In this document: piece after piece, positions 61,774-64,000 of the stretch
Position numbering within the stretch: the stretch's first letter is position 1
Layout of the letters: each line of letters starts with the position of its first letter
DNA from: a bacterium
GTDB taxonomy: Bacteria; SAR324; NAC60-12
Assembly: GCA_965233585.1 (NCBI GenBank)
Contig: CBDDTI010000745.1
Location: forward strand, 1 to 64,000
Reading direction: 5' to 3'
DNA: 64,000 nucleotides
Notes under the pieces: generated by a model
Databases searched by the model: none
Seen by the model: only the letters and a program-made list of their open reading frames with translations
Told to the model about the DNA's origin: nothing
Translations under genes and position numbers: made by a program

Positions 61774-64000
61774 TCAAGGACCAAATGCCCAGACATCGTT
61801 TTGGTAGTTAGAAAAACTTCCACTACTTGAATCAGCTCCTCCTAGCACCCAGATTTTGTCCTTAAAAACAACGTTGGCATGACTCAGACGTGCTGACCAA
61901 CCTGCTGAAGCAGTGACTTTTGTCCAATTTACTCCGTCAGAAGAACTCCAAACATCGTTTTTGTGTCCGCTACCATATCCTCCCAGCACCCAGATTTTGC
62001 CATCAAACACAATACTGCTGTGCCTATCCCTTGCTGACCAACCTGCTGAATTAGTCTCTCTCGTCCAATTCTTTCCATCGGAAGAACTCCAGACATCGTT
62101 TTTGAATCCGCCATCATCTCCTCCCAGCACCCAGATTTTGTTTTTGAAGACAACGCTGGTGTGGGCAAGTCGTTTTGACCAACCTGCTGAATTGGTCTCT
62201 CTTGTCCAAGTTTGTCCATCAGAAGAACTCCAGACATCGTTAAATTTGTTATGGTTCTTCATTCCCCCTAGCACCCAGATTTTGTTTTTGAACACGACAC
62301 TTGTATGACGACTTCGTCCCCAGTTTGCTGAATATTTTGTCCAAATTTGTCCATCAGAAGAGTTCCACACGAAGTTTCTGCCACTATGCCCACCAGTATC
62401 GCCTCCTAGTAACCAGATTTTGTTTTTGAACACGACACTTGTACCAAGATGAAGGTTAGACCGACCTGTTGAACTGGAGACCCTTTGCCAACTCACACCA
62501 TCAGAAGAGTTCCACACATCATTTTTATTATGCCACCCTTCCATGACCCAGATTTTGTTGTTAAAAACGACGCTAGTATGCCCCCAACGGTCTGACCACC
62601 CCTGGTTATTATTGGCTTTGATTTGCTTCCAAGTGTATTTTGAGACGTCAACTGATGGATTGGAAGATTGAGAGATGAGGACGTCATCAAAGTGATTGAC
62701 AATGGTAGAGTGGTTGAAGCTGTCAAAGCGAATGCCTGCATCCTGTCCCCAGCTATTCCATTGATAGTTTAGATCTACTTTGTCAGTGTCGTCTTCACAG
62801 AGGTATTGGTTGTTGACGTACTTTTTGACTTTTTTGGTAGAAAAATCAAATTCCATTTTGAGATGAAACCACTGACCAGAAGCGACTTGACCTTTTTCTC
62901 CACCTTTACAAACGACCTCAATCTGACCGTTGCTTTGACGAGTGATGCCAATGTGTCCTGCCTCTTCTGCTTGGTTCTTTAGTTCTATCCCCCCAAGGTA
63001 GCCATTGCTTCCTGCACTGACGAACTTCATTTTTGCTGAAACGGTGGTTTTTTGTGGGAAGTCAGTGCTGAAGTCTTTACGGATTGCCGCCACCCAGCTT
63101 TGCCTGCCAACCACTCTGAAGTAACGATTCCCTGCAGACTCTTCTACCCGTTGATGTGAAGACCCTAAACCACTGTAGATGATTGCATAGCCGGCTGGTC
63201 GTGTGTTGACACTCACTGATTCAAAGTCTTGGCTATAAATGGCTTGACTATTGGAAGAAGAAGTCGTTGGAAACTGCACCTCATCAATCCAAGTGGCATC
63301 GCTTCCTTCACTGCTAGAGCTGTCTTTCTCGTAGCACCATTTGAAGGTGTGGCTTCCAGCAGAGACATCAAAACTGGCTTGTGTCCAGCCAATCGTGCCA
63401 CTTTTGTATAATTTTTGGCTAGAATCAATGTAAAAGCGGAGCCAGTCCCAATTTTGTTCTGAACTCACTTTGTAGTGAAACTTAATCTGTCCAGCTGAAA
63501 CGGTTTGGGTAGTTTGAACACAAGTTTCTTGGTCGTCACTGATGCTTGATGACTTCAAACTTTTAAAGGTGTTATTTGCACCCCCCATGACCACCGACCA
63601 GTTGCCACTTAAACCATTAGGCTTGTAGCCATTGTCAAAATTCCAAGTGGTGACTTGACCTGAAGAATTAGCTTTGGCAGAAATGGCTTGGTCGTAGCAA
63701 GTCCAGTTTGATGCGGGAGTGTTGCCAGAGGCTTTCACACGGACGCACAGCTTGCCTGATGCGATGGCATCATCACCAAAAGCAAAGGGACTGGTGCAGC
63801 TACTTGGACTTGTGCCACCATTTTTAGAGCATTCATAGCTGTTGCCTGAAGTTTTGTTAAAGGTGAGGCTTCTGCCAGACACAGCAAGGGAAGTTGGTGC
63901 ACTGGGCAGAGTGTTGACAGCAGAGCTTTGTTGGTAAGCACTCCAGTCTCCGTCATCATCTTTGGCTCGGACTCGGAAGGTGTAGCTGGTGGCAGGTTGA
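61774..64000 (-). CDS. large extracellular protein with FN3, beta-sandwich/lectin-like modules and Kelch propeller (5' end outside window)
   Basis: Frame is open to the window edge (PATSYTFRVRAKD..GDWS, FN3); VSSEQNWDWLRFYID; six HTSVVFKNKIWVLGG..NDVWSSSDG Kelch repeats. Confidence 0.85.
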   Translation of the reverse strand, partial: QPATSYTFRVRAKDDDGDWSAYQQSSAVNTLPSAPTSLAVSGRSLTFNKTSGNSYECSKNGGTSPSSCTSPFAFGDDAIASGKLCVRVKASGNTPASNWTCYDQAISAKANSSGQVTTWNFDNGYKPNGLSGNWSVVMGGANNTFKSLKSSSISDDQETCVQTTQTVSAGQIKFHYKVSSEQNWDWLRFYIDSSQKLYKSGTIGWTQASFDVSAGSHTFKWCYEKDSSSSEGSDATWIDEVQFPTTSSSNSQAIYSQDFESVSVNTRPAGYAIIYSGLGSSHQRVEESAGNRYFRVVGRQSWVAAIRKDFSTDFPQKTTVSAKMKFVSAGSNGYLGGIELKNQAEEAGHIGITRQSNGQIEVVCKGGEKGQVASGQWFHLKMEFDFSTKKVKKYVNNQYLCEDDTDKVDLNYQWNSWGQDAGIRFDSFNHSTIVNHFDDVLISQSSNPSVDVSKYTWKQIKANNNQGWSDRWGHTSVVFNNKIWVMEGWHNKNDVWNSSDGVSWQRVSSSTGRSNLHLGTSVVFKNKIWLLGGDTGGHSGRNFVWNSSDGQIWTKYSANWGRSRHTSVVFKNKIWVLGGMKNHNKFNDVWSSSDGQTWTRETNSAGWSKRLAHTSVVFKNKIWVLGGDDGGFKNDVWSSSDGKNWTRETNSAGWSARDRHSSIVFDGKIWVLGGYGSGHKNDVWSSSDGVNWTKVTASAGWSARLSHANVVFKDKIWVLGGADSSSGSFSNYQNDVWAFGP

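Noticed and set aside
61800..62600. Regular DNA repeats suggesting an array or DGR template/variable pair
   Set aside because: They are in-frame Kelch repeats within a CDS.

Overview
Bacterial chromosome segment. Its gene content resembles Deltaproteobacteria/SAR324 (inference only). The housekeeping backbone comprises rplY-pth-ychF-rpsF-rpsR-rplI-dnaB, leuB, kbl, proS, tal-gatB-ccmCDE-NtrY-like kinase, ndk, acs, class I lysS, aroQ, gspC, cobB, gloB and five tRNAs. Accessory DNA is interleaved. (1) There are three near-identical 760-bp IS1-family copies. The two inverted copies have swapped 8-bp target duplications, indicating that the 14.6-kb segment between them has been inverted. Undoing it restores a tandem locus of lipoprotein paralog, promoter/operator, antitoxin, dead VapC, second antitoxin-like gene and lipoprotein paralog. 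(2) A lipoprotein has a C-type-lectin-like C-terminus whose codon usage (NNY-dominated, no K/E/Q/M/W over 52 codons) resembles a diversity-generating retroelement variable region. It also has a homopolymer frameshift at its 5' end. No RT or template repeat was seen in the window. (3) There are five clusters of CGTC/GTCATT-type palindromic repeats. (4) There is an OM-barrel/FecR/CHASE2-adenylate cyclase module with no ECF sigma. (5) A small four-repeat protein gene is embedded in a tRNA cluster. (6) There are WD40 and FN3/Kelch proteins, plus an AT-rich glycan-biosynthesis-like gene.
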